Under the pieces are notes generated by a model. That model did no database searches and was not told where the DNA came from. It worked only from the letters and a program-made list of their open reading frames with translations. Positions 1-9,564 of a DNA stretch of 64,000 nt are shown in pieces. Where the stretch lies: the NCBI GenBank assembly GCA_965215505.1, contig OZ244065.1:3456001-3520000 (forward strand), given 5' to 3'. Both the position numbers and the translations under genes were made by a program. Each line of letters begins with the position of its first letter. The first letter of the stretch is position 1. The DNA is from Capsulimonadaceae bacterium (lineage in GTDB: Bacteria; Armatimonadota; Armatimonadia; Armatimonadales; Capsulimonadaceae).

Positions 1-2
1 CG

Positions 3-980
3 CTGGGCCAGCAGGTCTACACGGCCAATCCCGGCGCGGTCACGCCGAACGTCCCCGTCCACCGCTCCGGCTATTATGACGCCTTCTACGCCCAGGACAC
101 CTGGCGCGCGACCTCGCGGTTCACCGTCAACTACGGCCTGCGCTACGACCTCTACAAGCAGGAGGAGAGGATTTTTGACAGCACGCAGACCGTCAAGAAG
201 AACTTCCTGTCGCCGCGCCTGAATGCCTCCTACGCGCTGACGCCGATCACCGTCTTCCGGGCCTCCTACAACAAGCTGTTCCTCCAGCCCCCGCTCGCCC
301 AGGGGTCGGTGGTCGGCGCACCCATCCTGCCCGAAACCTATGACGACTACAACGCCAGCATCGAGCGCCAGGTCGCGCGGGGCCAGACCGTCAAGCTGGC
401 CTACTACTACAAGAACATGCGGAACCAGATCGACACCAACCTGCTGATCCCCGGCACCCAGATCGGCGTCTTCACCTCGGTCAACTTCGAGAAGGGCAGC
501 GCGCACGGCACCGAGCTGTCTTACGCCCTCGCCCCGCGCGGCGGGGTGGGGTTGGGCGCGTACCTCGCCTACGCCAACAGCGTGGACAAGCCGGAAGGCT
601 TGCAGAACACGGGGGCAGCCGTGCCGCCCTACAACGACCACGACACCCTGAACTCGCTCAGCGTGGGCTTCGATTACACGCTCAAGGGGGGCGCGTTTGG
701 GGGGCTGAACGTCTACCACAGCAGCGGCACGCAGTCCAGCATCATCGGGAATTACTACCCCTTGACCTCGTCGGCCGTGCTGGACGGCGGGCACCGGCAG
801 GCGCACACCGAGGTCAACCTGCGCTTGGGCGGCCCGCGCCTTGCGGGGGCGGGCGGCCTGGAGCTTGACGTGCAGAACCTGTTCGACAGCCACAGCCCGT
901 TCAACTTCAACTCGGGCTTCAGCGGCACCCGCTTCGAGCAGGGGCGGCGCGTCCTGCTGACCTTGACCGGCGGCTTTTAG
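3..980 (+). CDS. TonB-dependent receptor, C-terminal part (5' end outside window)
   Basis: Frame open from position 3: YAQDTWR..FTVNYGLRYD, SPRLNASY, VQNLFD, GRRVLLTLTGGF with terminal Phe. Confidence 0.85.
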   Translation: MGQQVYTANPGAVTPNVPVHRSGYYDAFYAQDTWRATSRFTVNYGLRYDLYKQEERIFDSTQTVKKNFLSPRLNASYALTPITVFRASYNKLFLQPPLAQGSVVGAPILPETYDDYNASIERQVARGQTVKLAYYYKNMRNQIDTNLLIPGTQIGVFTSVNFEKGSAHGTELSYALAPRGGVGLGAYLAYANSVDKPEGLQNTGAAVPPYNDHDTLNSLSVGFDYTLKGGAFGGLNVYHSSGTQSSIIGNYYPLTSSAVLDGGHRQAHTEVNLRLGGPRLAGAGGLELDVQNLFDSHSPFNFNSGFSGTRFEQGRRVLLTLTGGF

Positions 981-1123
981 GAGACTAAAAGCCGCCGGCC
1001 CAAGACGGCTGGCCGCGGACAGGGCGGCCATCCGGCGTCGGGGACCTCTCCCTCCCGCGCTCCCCTTTCAAGCGGGGGAGGGCGGGGTCCCCGGCGATCC
1101 ATCAAGAGAAAGACTTAATAACC

Positions 1124-1453
1124 ATGACGACCATTCGGTTCTCTAGCACTCGGCTTCTTATCGTGACGGCCTCCGCCGTCCTGCTCGCCCTGCTGGGGGC
1201 GACTGCCGTTCAGTCCGCCCCGGCCCACTCGGCGGCGGCGCGGCGCGACCGCACGTTCCACCGCTCGGACCGCCGGTTCCATTCCGCCGACCTCCGGTTC
1301 CACGCCGCCGACCGCGCCTTCCACCGGGCGGGGCATCACACGCCCAGCGGCCTCCGGCTGGACCGGGCGGCCCATGCCCTGGACCGGGCGGCGCACGCCT
1401 CCGACCGGGCGGCCCACGCCTCGGACCGCGCCTATCACGCGCACTCGCGGTAG
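1124..1453 (+). CDS. Small secreted His/Arg-rich heptad-repeat protein
   Basis: Signal peptide, then 8 DxxxHxx repeats; co-oriented with neighbours. Confidence 0.75.
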   Translation: MTTIRFSSTRLLIVTASAVLLALLGATAVQSAPAHSAAARRDRTFHRSDRRFHSADLRFHAADRAFHRAGHHTPSGLRLDRAAHALDRAAHASDRAAHASDRAYHAHSR

Positions 1454-1506
1454 GCGAGAGGGCCGCCGGCGCACAGCGTCGGCGGCCCCTCGGGAAAGGA
1501 CCCACC

Positions 1507-2655
1507 ATGTCAACGCGACTCCCGGCCCGCCGCCTTTTTCTGCTCCTCCTGGCGCTCTGCGCCTGCCTCCGGCCCGCGCCAGCCCAGGCCCACCCGCTCC
1601 AGGTCGAGCCGGTCATCATCACGATCCACCCGCAGCAGACGTTCCTCTCGGCCATCATCACCGGCAACATCCAGGACATCACCGTCGGCTGCGACATCAC
1701 GCCCGCCGAGCGGCAGGGCGACGCCTTCACCAAGCCGGCCGAGCAGCGCGTCGAGAAGTACATCAACGGCCACTTCACGATGGCGCTGGATGGCGTCCCG
1801 CTGGCGGGGAAGCTGACCGAGTTCAGCTACCAGGCCCAGATGGACCCGACCAAGTCTCGGTATCATCTGTCCCTGCGCTACGACAAGCCCGCGCAGGCCC
1901 AAAGCGCCGCGCAGGCCAAAGGCAAAGGCGTCCTGACGCTGACCTCGACCTTGTTCGACTATCTGCCAAACTCCAAAGCGATCATCTCCATCAACGGCAT
2001 CCAGAAGACGCTCATGCACGGCGAGGCCACCACCATCGACCCGTCCGCCCTGACCGTCAACCTGCTGCACAACCTCCTCGACTTCTGCCTCCTGGGCATC
2101 AACCACATCTTCACCGGCCCCGACCACATGCTGTTCATCGTCGGCCTCCTGATGGTGTCGTCCTCGCTGCACGGCCTGATCAAGACCTTGACGGGGTTTA
2201 CCATCGCCCACTCGGTCACGCTGGCCCTGTCCGCCCTGTCCATCGTCGTCATCCCGAACCGCATCTGCGACATCTTCATCGCCCTGTCCATCATCTACGT
2301 CGGCGTCGAGAACCTGTTCTACGGGACGCCGCGCGGCGTCAACATCGCGCGGCACCGCTTCTGGATCGCCTCGTCGTTCGGCCTGATCCACGGGTTCGGC
2401 TTCTCGGACACTTTGCGCGAAGTCGGCCTGCCGCAGCAGGGCCTGGCCTGGTGCCTGCTGTCGTTCAACGCGGGCGTCGAGATCGCCCAGGTCATCATCT
2501 GCTGCGGCGTTTTCCCCCTCCTGATGCTGTGGCGCAGGGACGTGGAGAGGCGGGCCAAGTACGGCGGCCTGGGCTGGCCGACCATGATCCGCCTGGCCTC
2601 CGCCTGGGTGGTCTTCGCGGGCGGCTACTGGCTGGTCCAGCGGACGATAGGGTAA
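1507..2655 (+). CDS. HupE/UreJ family membrane protein with N-terminal exported domain
   Basis: GINHIFTGPDHMLF, FTIAHSVTL, FGLIHGFGF, FNAGVEIAQ motifs; RBS AAGGA. Confidence 0.9.
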   Translation: MSTRLPARRLFLLLLALCACLRPAPAQAHPLQVEPVIITIHPQQTFLSAIITGNIQDITVGCDITPAERQGDAFTKPAEQRVEKYINGHFTMALDGVPLAGKLTEFSYQAQMDPTKSRYHLSLRYDKPAQAQSAAQAKGKGVLTLTSTLFDYLPNSKAIISINGIQKTLMHGEATTIDPSALTVNLLHNLLDFCLLGINHIFTGPDHMLFIVGLLMVSSSLHGLIKTLTGFTIAHSVTLALSALSIVVIPNRICDIFIALSIIYVGVENLFYGTPRGVNIARHRFWIASSFGLIHGFGFSDTLREVGLPQQGLAWCLLSFNAGVEIAQVIICCGVFPLLMLWRRDVERRAKYGGLGWPTMIRLASAWVVFAGGYWLVQRTIG

Positions 2656-2689
2656 CGGGTAAAATAACGGAGAGGATGACGGAGGGGCC

Positions 2690-3058
2690 GTGGAAACATT
2701 CGGGACCCGCCTGCGCGCGCTGCGCCTCGCCGCCGGCCTGAGCCTCCACAAGTTCTGCCGGCGGGCGGGCCTTGACGCGGGCAACTACAGCCGCATCGAG
2801 CGCGGCCTGGTCCGCCCGCCGCAGGACCACGCGAAGCTGGAGCCGGTCCGGGGGGTGCTGGGGCTTGCGCCTGAGGGCGACGACTGGAAGTACCTGCTGC
2901 TGCTGGCCGACCTTGAATGGGACGCCCTCCCGCGCCGCCTGCTGGCGGACGCGCGGGTCCGTCCGCTCCTGCCCGCTCTGCTCCAGGACACGGCCGGGGG
3001 GCGGCTGACGGAGCCTCAGTTGGAGTCGCTGGTGGCCTTGACTCTGAGCGACCGGTGA
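2690..3058 (+). CDS. XRE-family helix-turn-helix regulator
   Basis: FGTRLRALR..GLSL...YSRIERG; GTG start after GGAGG. Confidence 0.8.
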   Translation: METFGTRLRALRLAAGLSLHKFCRRAGLDAGNYSRIERGLVRPPQDHAKLEPVRGVLGLAPEGDDWKYLLLLADLEWDALPRRLLADARVRPLLPALLQDTAGGRLTEPQLESLVALTLSDR

Positions 3059-3147
3059 AGCGCCCGCGTGTCGGCGCTTGCGTTCCGTCGCCCTTTTTGG
3101 TATCATAGAAGGCGCGCACTGCCGCGAAAGGAAAAGAGAACTCTTCC

Positions 3148-3948
3148 ATGCATACCACCTGGCTCATCGCCAACGGCACGTTCGGCGAGGCGATCCGCCG
3201 CCGCACGCTGCTCATCTTCCTGCTCGTCGCCGCCTTCGTCATCGTCGCCGGGGCGCTCAACGCCTCCTTCCAGCCCGGCCGGGACACCGTGGTCGTCAAG
3301 ACCGTGGGCCTGGGCGTCATCCTGCTGACCGGCGTCTTCATCTCGGTCATCCTGGGGATCAACCTGCTGCCCACCGAGATCGAGCGGCGGACCGTCTACA
3401 CGATCCTCTCCAAGCCCGTCCACCGCTACCAGTTCGTCTGCGGCAAGTTTTTGGGCGGCCTGATGACCGTGCTGGCGAGCGTCGCCGTCATGTCCTTCGT
3501 CTTCCTGCTGCTGATGGTGGTCAAGGAGCGCGGCTTCAGCCACGAGGTGGCGGATGTCTGCAAGGGCCTGCTGCTGATCGTGTTCGCCATCACCCTGGTC
3601 AACGCCGTCGCCATGTTCTTCTCGGTCTTCCTGTCGCCCTTCGTCAACTTCTTCCTGACCTTCGCCGTCTACCTGCTCGGCAGCGCCTCGTCGGTGACCG
3701 AGGCCCTGGCCGACCCGAGCAGCGACCCGGCCCACCCGAAGAACCCGGTCGTCCTGTTCGTCTTCAAGGTGATCCACGCGGTCATCCCGAACTTCGCCAA
3801 CTACAACGTCCAGAACCCGATCCTGGACCCGCGCCTCCGCATCACCAACGAGCCGTACTTCATCGGCTCCAACATCGGCATCGCCATCGTCTACACCCTG
3901 CTGCTGCTCACCGTCGCCGCCGTCATCTTCGAGCGGCGTGAGGTGTAG
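3148..3948 (+). CDS. ABC-2 type transporter permease
   Basis: Multiple TM helices; EIERRTVYTILSKPVHR..FVCGKFLG; FERREV C-terminus. Confidence 0.85.
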   Translation: MHTTWLIANGTFGEAIRRRTLLIFLLVAAFVIVAGALNASFQPGRDTVVVKTVGLGVILLTGVFISVILGINLLPTEIERRTVYTILSKPVHRYQFVCGKFLGGLMTVLASVAVMSFVFLLLMVVKERGFSHEVADVCKGLLLIVFAITLVNAVAMFFSVFLSPFVNFFLTFAVYLLGSASSVTEALADPSSDPAHPKNPVVLFVFKVIHAVIPNFANYNVQNPILDPRLRITNEPYFIGSNIGIAIVYTLLLLTVAAVIFERREV

Positions 3949-4074
3949 GCGAGCGGAACCTTCCCTTCCGTCCCCTTCCCCGTCCGAAGGACGCTTCTCT
4001 GCCGGGGCTTTCCACAGCCCCGGCCCCCCTGCTTCCAAATGAAGCCCCCGCGCCCTCCCCGCCTCTAACCAACC

Positions 4075-6168
4075 ATGAAAACACACCTTGCCGCGCCGCC
4101 CCCCGCCGCGCTCCTCGCCCTAGTTCTTTCTTCATTCGCCGCCTCCGCCTTCGCCCAGGCACCGACGCCCGCGCCAAGCCCCCTGCCCATCCGGCAGGTG
4201 ACGCTGTTCACGTCGGGCGTCTCCTACATCGAGCGCGGCGGCGCGGTGACCGGCGACGCCACCGTGCCGCTGACCTTCCGCACGGCCCAGATCAACGACA
4301 TCCTGAAGTCCCTGACCCTGCTCGACGCCGACGGCCAGGTGCAGCCCGTCGTCTACGGCGCGCGGGACCCCATCGGGCGAACACTCCAGGCGTTCGCCAT
4401 TGATGTCACCCAGCCGCAGAGCCGGGCCGAGCTGCTGAACCACCTGCGCGGGGCTGACGTCACCGTGACGACCGCCAGGGGGCCGCTGACAGGCCAGGTG
4501 GTGAGCGTCGAGACCAAAAGCGTCACCGGCCCGACCGGCACCACGACGACCGAGACGCTGAACCTGCTCGGCGCGGACGGACTGCAATCGGTCCGGCTGG
4601 ACGACGTTTCCGCCATCAGGCTGCGCGACGCCCGGCTGGACCGCGAGCTGCGCGAGGCCCTGACGACATTAGCCTCGGGCACGGACGACCAGCACCGGTC
4701 GGTGACGCTGCGCTTTTCGGGGCCGGGGCGGCGGGACGTGCGCGTCGGCTACATCGCCGAAGCGCCGCTGTGGCGGATCTCCTACCGGCTGATCCTCGGC
4801 CCCAAGCCGTACCTCCAGGGGTGGGCCTTGGTGGAGAACACGACCGACGAGGACTGGAACGGCATCCGGTTGGGGCTGGTTTCGGGCCGCCCGGTCTCAT
4901 TCATCCAGGACCTCTACCAGCCCCTCTATCTGCCGCGCCCGGTCGTCCAGCCGGACATCGTCGCCTCGCCCACGCCGCAGACGCACGACGGCAGCCTGAC
5001 GGCGGACGCCCTGCCGACAAACGCCCCCCCCGACGCGCCCGCCCCACCGCCGGCGATGCCCATGGTTGGCAGCGTGGTGGACGAGCAGCGGCGCGCGAAG
5101 GTTTCAGGGTCGGTGGGCGCTCTCGGGGCCATCCCCCAGGTCCCCGCCCCGCGCTTCGACGCGAACGCCGCCGCCCGGTCCGTCACCGCCCAGGCGCAGG
5201 GCGCGAATGCCGGGGAGCTGTTCGCCTACAACATCACGACGCCCGTCACCCTGCCGCGCCAGCAGGCGGCCATGATCCCGGTCATCGCCCAGGGCATCAC
5301 GGCGGACAAAGTCTCGCTCTACAACGCCGACACCGACCCGCGCTACCCGCTCAACGCCGTGCGCCTCAAAAACACCACGCGCCTGCACCTGAAGGGCGGC
5401 CCCGTCACCCTCTTCGACGGCGACACCTATGCGGGCGACGCCCTCGTTGAAGACGTCCCCCCCGGCGACTCGCGCCTGATCTCCTATGCCGTAGACCAGT
5501 CCATCGTCGGCGAGCGTCAGGACACCGTCCAGAACCAGACGCTCACGACCATCGCAGTCCATACGGGCATCCTGACCGTCACCGTCCGCCAGCGGTCCGT
5601 GACCAACTACAACTTCAAGAGCCGGTCCGACCAGTCCAAGACGGTCCTGGTGGAACACCCCTTCGACGCCCAGGCCGTCCTGGTCAAGCCGGCCACGGCG
5701 GCCGAGCGGACGGCGACCGTCTACCGCTTCGCCGTGCCGGTCCCCGCCGGCAGGACGGCCACGCTGCAAGTCGTCACCGAGACGCCCGTCGCGTCCACGG
5801 TCGGCCTGTTCGACGGCGACCTGGACCAGATCGCCGTCTACGCCGACCAGGCCGACATCCCCGCCGCCACCCGGACGGCCCTGGCCCGGATCGTCACCGA
5901 GCGCCGCCATGTGCAGAACCTCTCCGGCCAGGCCGCCGCCGCCGACGCCCGCGTCGCCGGGTTCGGCCGGGAGCAGGACCGCATCCGCCGCAACATGGCC
6001 GCCCTGGACCGCACCTCGGCCCTCTACAAGCGCTACGTCGCCGAACTCGACGCCCAGGAGACGCAGATTGACGCCCTGCGGTCTAGCGCCCAGCGCCTCC
6101 GCACCGAGGCGGACGCCGCCCGGACAGCCCTGCGCGCCGAGGCGGACGGGCTGGAGATCGGGGGATGA
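4075..6168 (+). CDS. DUF4139-like secreted protein with C-terminal coiled coil
   Basis: Signal peptide; VTLFTSGV, INDILKSL, LQGWALVENTTDEDW, GELFAY. Confidence 0.75.
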   Translation: MKTHLAAPPPAALLALVLSSFAASAFAQAPTPAPSPLPIRQVTLFTSGVSYIERGGAVTGDATVPLTFRTAQINDILKSLTLLDADGQVQPVVYGARDPIGRTLQAFAIDVTQPQSRAELLNHLRGADVTVTTARGPLTGQVVSVETKSVTGPTGTTTTETLNLLGADGLQSVRLDDVSAIRLRDARLDRELREALTTLASGTDDQHRSVTLRFSGPGRRDVRVGYIAEAPLWRISYRLILGPKPYLQGWALVENTTDEDWNGIRLGLVSGRPVSFIQDLYQPLYLPRPVVQPDIVASPTPQTHDGSLTADALPTNAPPDAPAPPPAMPMVGSVVDEQRRAKVSGSVGALGAIPQVPAPRFDANAAARSVTAQAQGANAGELFAYNITTPVTLPRQQAAMIPVIAQGITADKVSLYNADTDPRYPLNAVRLKNTTRLHLKGGPVTLFDGDTYAGDALVEDVPPGDSRLISYAVDQSIVGERQDTVQNQTLTTIAVHTGILTVTVRQRSVTNYNFKSRSDQSKTVLVEHPFDAQAVLVKPATAAERTATVYRFAVPVPAGRTATLQVVTETPVASTVGLFDGDLDQIAVYADQADIPAATRTALARIVTERRHVQNLSGQAAAADARVAGFGREQDRIRRNMAALDRTSALYKRYVAELDAQETQIDALRSSAQRLRTEADAARTALRAEADGLEIGG

Positions 6169-6202
6169 TGGGGGTTAAGGGCGAGATGAAAGTCCGAGAT
6201 AA

Positions 6203-6337
6203 GACGAGTGATTGAAATCACTCGCTCCGGTTAGGATTTGTCCAAGGGACAAGAGGAGGGACCCGGATGGGACCGGCGTGTCCCTCTTCTGTTCCCTGGA
6301 CAGGTCTGGCAGGAGCGAGTGATTTCAATCACTCGTC
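6203..6337. repeat. Family-A REPIN-like element, copy 1
   Basis: CGAGTGATTGAAATCACTCG ... CGAGTGATTTCAATCACTCG with inner TGTCC/GGACA arms; between convergent genes. Confidence 0.9.
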
Positions 6338-6373
6338 CGCGTCCGGCTCCCCGCGTCGTTGGGGACGGGGGCA

Positions 6374-7039
6374 TCATGCCCGCTCCCCAGGCCGCCGCAG
6401 CAGGTACAGGGCCGGGCCGAGCAGGGGCACGGCGAGGGCCGCCCGGCCTATCCCGTCCTCGGCGGGGACGCCGCGCCGGGCCATGTCGTCGCGCAGCAGG
6501 GCGGGGAAGAGGAGCGTCAGCACCAGCAGATCCACGGTCATCAGGTGGACGAAGGCGCTGCGGCGGAACCAGTAGACGTAGTCCGGCAGGCTGCCCGCGC
6601 CGAAGATGAGCGCCAGCAGGGCGGCCAGGACCAGCGCGGCGGACACGGCGAAAGGCCGCCCGCCGAACCAGCGGACGAGGAGGGAACGCGGGCCGGGGAG
6701 GGGGTCGGGGTAGGGGCGGCGCAGGATGAGGTACGGCAGCAGGGCGAATGACCCCAGCGCCATCATCCCAAGCGCGAAGGGCCACACCCACAGCCACGCC
6801 GGGCCGGGCCGCTGCCCGCGCCCGTCCGGCACCATCAAGGCCCAGTACATCAATGGGACGATGCCGAGGAGCTGGAAGACGCCCCAGACGGCCGGGTTCC
6901 GGGCGGGACCCCGGCCCATCGCCAGGCTCATGAAGGTGACGCCGGGCGGGTCGGAGTGCGGCGCGGCGAAGGCGGCATAGGCGATGTAGGCGGCCAGCAG
7001 GAGGGCGTACCCGAGGCGGCGCAGGAGATCAGGGGGCAT
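6374..7039 (-). CDS. Integral membrane protein (DUF2834-like)
   Basis: Several TM segments; WPFALGMMALGSFALLPYL, FVHLMTVD, VPLLGPALYL. Confidence 0.7.
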   Translation of the reverse strand: MPPDLLRRLGYALLLAAYIAYAAFAAPHSDPPGVTFMSLAMGRGPARNPAVWGVFQLLGIVPLMYWALMVPDGRGQRPGPAWLWVWPFALGMMALGSFALLPYLILRRPYPDPLPGPRSLLVRWFGGRPFAVSAALVLAALLALIFGAGSLPDYVYWFRRSAFVHLMTVDLLVLTLLFPALLRDDMARRGVPAEDGIGRAALAVPLLGPALYLLRRPGERA

Positions 7040-7064
7040 GATCGTAAGTGTACCCCAGCCGCAA

Positions 7065-8828
7065 TCAGTCGCCCCGTTCGGGCGCACCCAGCAGGCCGAC
7101 CGCGCCGTCGAGCGCCGCGCGCCACTTCCAGCCCTGGAGAGTGAAGGTGACGCGCTGGCAGCCGCCGTCCGGATCCATCGCCAGCCAGGCCGTCCATTGG
7201 GCGTCCCCCAGGCGCAGGCGGCGGACCGCCTTGAGCGTGTCAGAGTCGCCGCTCGCCCGCCTGCCCTGGTCGTCCAGCAGCGCGGACAGGGCGCGGAAGT
7301 CGCCGAGGGCGACCAGGTCCGCCTGCTGCGCGCCCGCCGGGAGCTGCAAGGCGGGGTGCCCCGAGGGCGCGCGGAGCCAGTCCGGGTCCGAGCCGAAGGA
7401 GAGCCACCGCGCGCCAGGCTCCCAGCAGGGGCAGAGGGAGTAGCCCTGGGAGGGGGAATATGTCTCCTCCTTCGCCAGCCGGAACAGCCCGCCGTCCTTG
7501 CGGACCGGGTCGCCCTGACGACGCACCCACCCGGTCAGGTCGGCGGCGGCCTTTTGGGGGGCATCGGGGCCGTCCGCCTCGGCGGCGGCCACCGCCCCGA
7601 AGCCCCGGCCGGGCTGCCAGCTCACCCCCGCCCCGCACTGGCCGGTGAAGCGGCGCAGCGAGTCTTGCAGCGGCCCCGCCTGCGCCAGAGTCCGCTCGAA
7701 CTGCGCGCGCTGGTCGGCGTCCAGCGACTCCTCCGCCAGCGCCCGCGCGCGCGCCCACCAGCCGCTCGGGTCGTTGACCAGCAGGGCCGCGCCGGTCGAG
7801 TCGGGCAGCCGCGCCAGGGCCGCGCCGGTCACCGGCTGCGAGTCGCCCTTCAGCCTGCGCCAGAAGGCCCGCCCCGCCTCGGTCGTGGGGCAGGCGATGG
7901 TGTCAAGCTCCAGGCCCTCCCCTTTGTCCGAGAGCGCGCTGACCGTGATGTTCTGCGCGTAGGGCTTGTCCGCCCAGGCGCGCGTGGCCTCGGAGGACGC
8001 GAAGGGGGAGGACGAGGCCAGCGCGCCGGTGTCGGCCCCCGACCACAGGACGGGGGCGGCCGGCATCCGGCCCAGCGCCTTCTTCCAGGCGGGGTTCGAG
8101 GCCAGGGACGGCGTCCGCCCCGTCCAGGCATCCAGGGCCTTCTCCTCGGCCCCGTCCCCGATCCCGACGACGATCCAGCCGCGCACGAAGCCGCCCTTGA
8201 TGGTCAGGGCCGGGCCGTCCGAGGTGGGCGTCGTGGTCCCTTGCAGCGAGACGCCGTCGTGGGAGCTGTCCGTCCACGCCCCGCCCTTCCCCTGGGAGGC
8301 CGCACGGGAGCGCAGGCGCGACAGGCAGCGCGCGAAGGCGGCGTAGTCGCGCACCCGCGCGCAGACCACGATCTGCGGGCGGCGGGCGTCCGCCCGCAGC
8401 ACGGCCACCGCCACCTGGCCGACCCAGGGCGCGACGTCGTCTTCAAAGGAGAGGCCGGCCTCCTTTTCGGCCCGCGCGATGGCCTCCCGGACCGGCGGCT
8501 GTGCGCGCAGGCTCGCGCTCGTCCGCCACCACCAGGGCGTGTCCACGCTGACGATCGCGGCCGTGTCGGCGGGCAGCAGCGCCTCCAGCGGCGGCGACTG
8601 GTGCCACCAGGCATACGCCCCGCCGAGGACGCCCAGCAGCAGCAGCGCCCCCAAGGCCGCCCACAGCCGCCGGCGCGGCGGGCGCCTGGCGGCCTTCGCC
8701 TCGACGGCGGGCGGGTCCGAGACGTTCGGAGCGGGGACGTTCGGGTCCGGGAGGGTCAGCGGCTCGCCGCACCGGCGGCAGAACGCCGCCCCGTCCCGGC
8801 GCTCGGTCTCACAGACGGGGCAAGACAT
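7065..8828 (-). CDS. Zinc-ribbon, single-TM protein with large extracytoplasmic (DUF3352-like) domain
   Basis: CPVC..FCRRCG, TM helix, LLPADT, FEDDVAPWVG. Confidence 0.65.
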   Translation of the reverse strand: MSCPVCETERRDGAAFCRRCGEPLTLPDPNVPAPNVSDPPAVEAKAARRPPRRRLWAALGALLLLGVLGGAYAWWHQSPPLEALLPADTAAIVSVDTPWWWRTSASLRAQPPVREAIARAEKEAGLSFEDDVAPWVGQVAVAVLRADARRPQIVVCARVRDYAAFARCLSRLRSRAASQGKGGAWTDSSHDGVSLQGTTTPTSDGPALTIKGGFVRGWIVVGIGDGAEEKALDAWTGRTPSLASNPAWKKALGRMPAAPVLWSGADTGALASSSPFASSEATRAWADKPYAQNITVSALSDKGEGLELDTIACPTTEAGRAFWRRLKGDSQPVTGAALARLPDSTGAALLVNDPSGWWARARALAEESLDADQRAQFERTLAQAGPLQDSLRRFTGQCGAGVSWQPGRGFGAVAAAEADGPDAPQKAAADLTGWVRRQGDPVRKDGGLFRLAKEETYSPSQGYSLCPCWEPGARWLSFGSDPDWLRAPSGHPALQLPAGAQQADLVALGDFRALSALLDDQGRRASGDSDTLKAVRRLRLGDAQWTAWLAMDPDGGCQRVTFTLQGWKWRAALDGAVGLLGAPERGD

Positions 8829-8868
8829 GGGGGCTACTCCTTCGCGTCAACTCCTTCGCGTCAGCGGT

Positions 8869-9552
8869 TCAGCGCGCACCGGCGGCCTTCCGCCGCCGCA
8901 CCGCCATGGCCCCGCCGCCCAGGGCCAGCAGCAAGCCGAGCGACAGGGCCGGGGACGCCTCGGGAACCGGGGCGGGCGTCACCGTCAGGCCGTTCGCGCC
9001 GGGCGGGGCGGGCTGCGGCGTCAGGCTGCCGTCCGGGTTGACCGAGATGTCCAGGACCGAGCCATCCGGGTTGTTGCTCAGGAGCTGGCTGCCGGAGTTG
9101 TCGAACAGCGTGAAGGCGAACAGGCTGCCCACCGGCGTCGGGTCGGGGCTGGTGAACGTGAGGGCGAAGCTGAGGGTTGTGCCGAACGTGACCCCCTGGA
9201 AAACCTCGTTGATGCCGGGGCTGTTGCTGATCCCCAAGGTCCCCGGCAGCGCCCCCGTCGCGCTCCCGCTGTCCGAGGACGCCCCCACCAGGGTGCCGTT
9301 CGTGGTGAAGCCCGTGACCTGCACGGACGCCGTCGACGTGCCGCTGCCGCCGGGGTTGAACTGGAAGTCCAGCCCGCCGGACGTGGTGTTCAGCGTGCGG
9401 GTGTTCAGGGTGACCAAATAGCGCGTCTGCGCCTGGGCCGCCGCCCCCAGGGTCAGGAGACCCAGCGCGCCGAGGGCCGAAGCCACCAGCGCCGCCGCCG
9501 ATGTCCGGCGGCGTGCCGCAGGCTTATCGGCCGTATGTCGTGATTGCTGCAT
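8869..9552 (-). CDS. PEP-CTERM sorting-domain protein (DFQFNPG type)
   Basis: Signal peptide; C-terminal VPEASPALSLGLLLALGG..RRRK. Confidence 0.85.
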   Translation of the reverse strand: MQQSRHTADKPAARRRTSAAALVASALGALGLLTLGAAAQAQTRYLVTLNTRTLNTTSGGLDFQFNPGGSGTSTASVQVTGFTTNGTLVGASSDSGSATGALPGTLGISNSPGINEVFQGVTFGTTLSFALTFTSPDPTPVGSLFAFTLFDNSGSQLLSNNPDGSVLDISVNPDGSLTPQPAPPGANGLTVTPAPVPEASPALSLGLLLALGGGAMAVRRRKAAGAR

Positions 9553-9564
9553 GGTGCATTCCTT

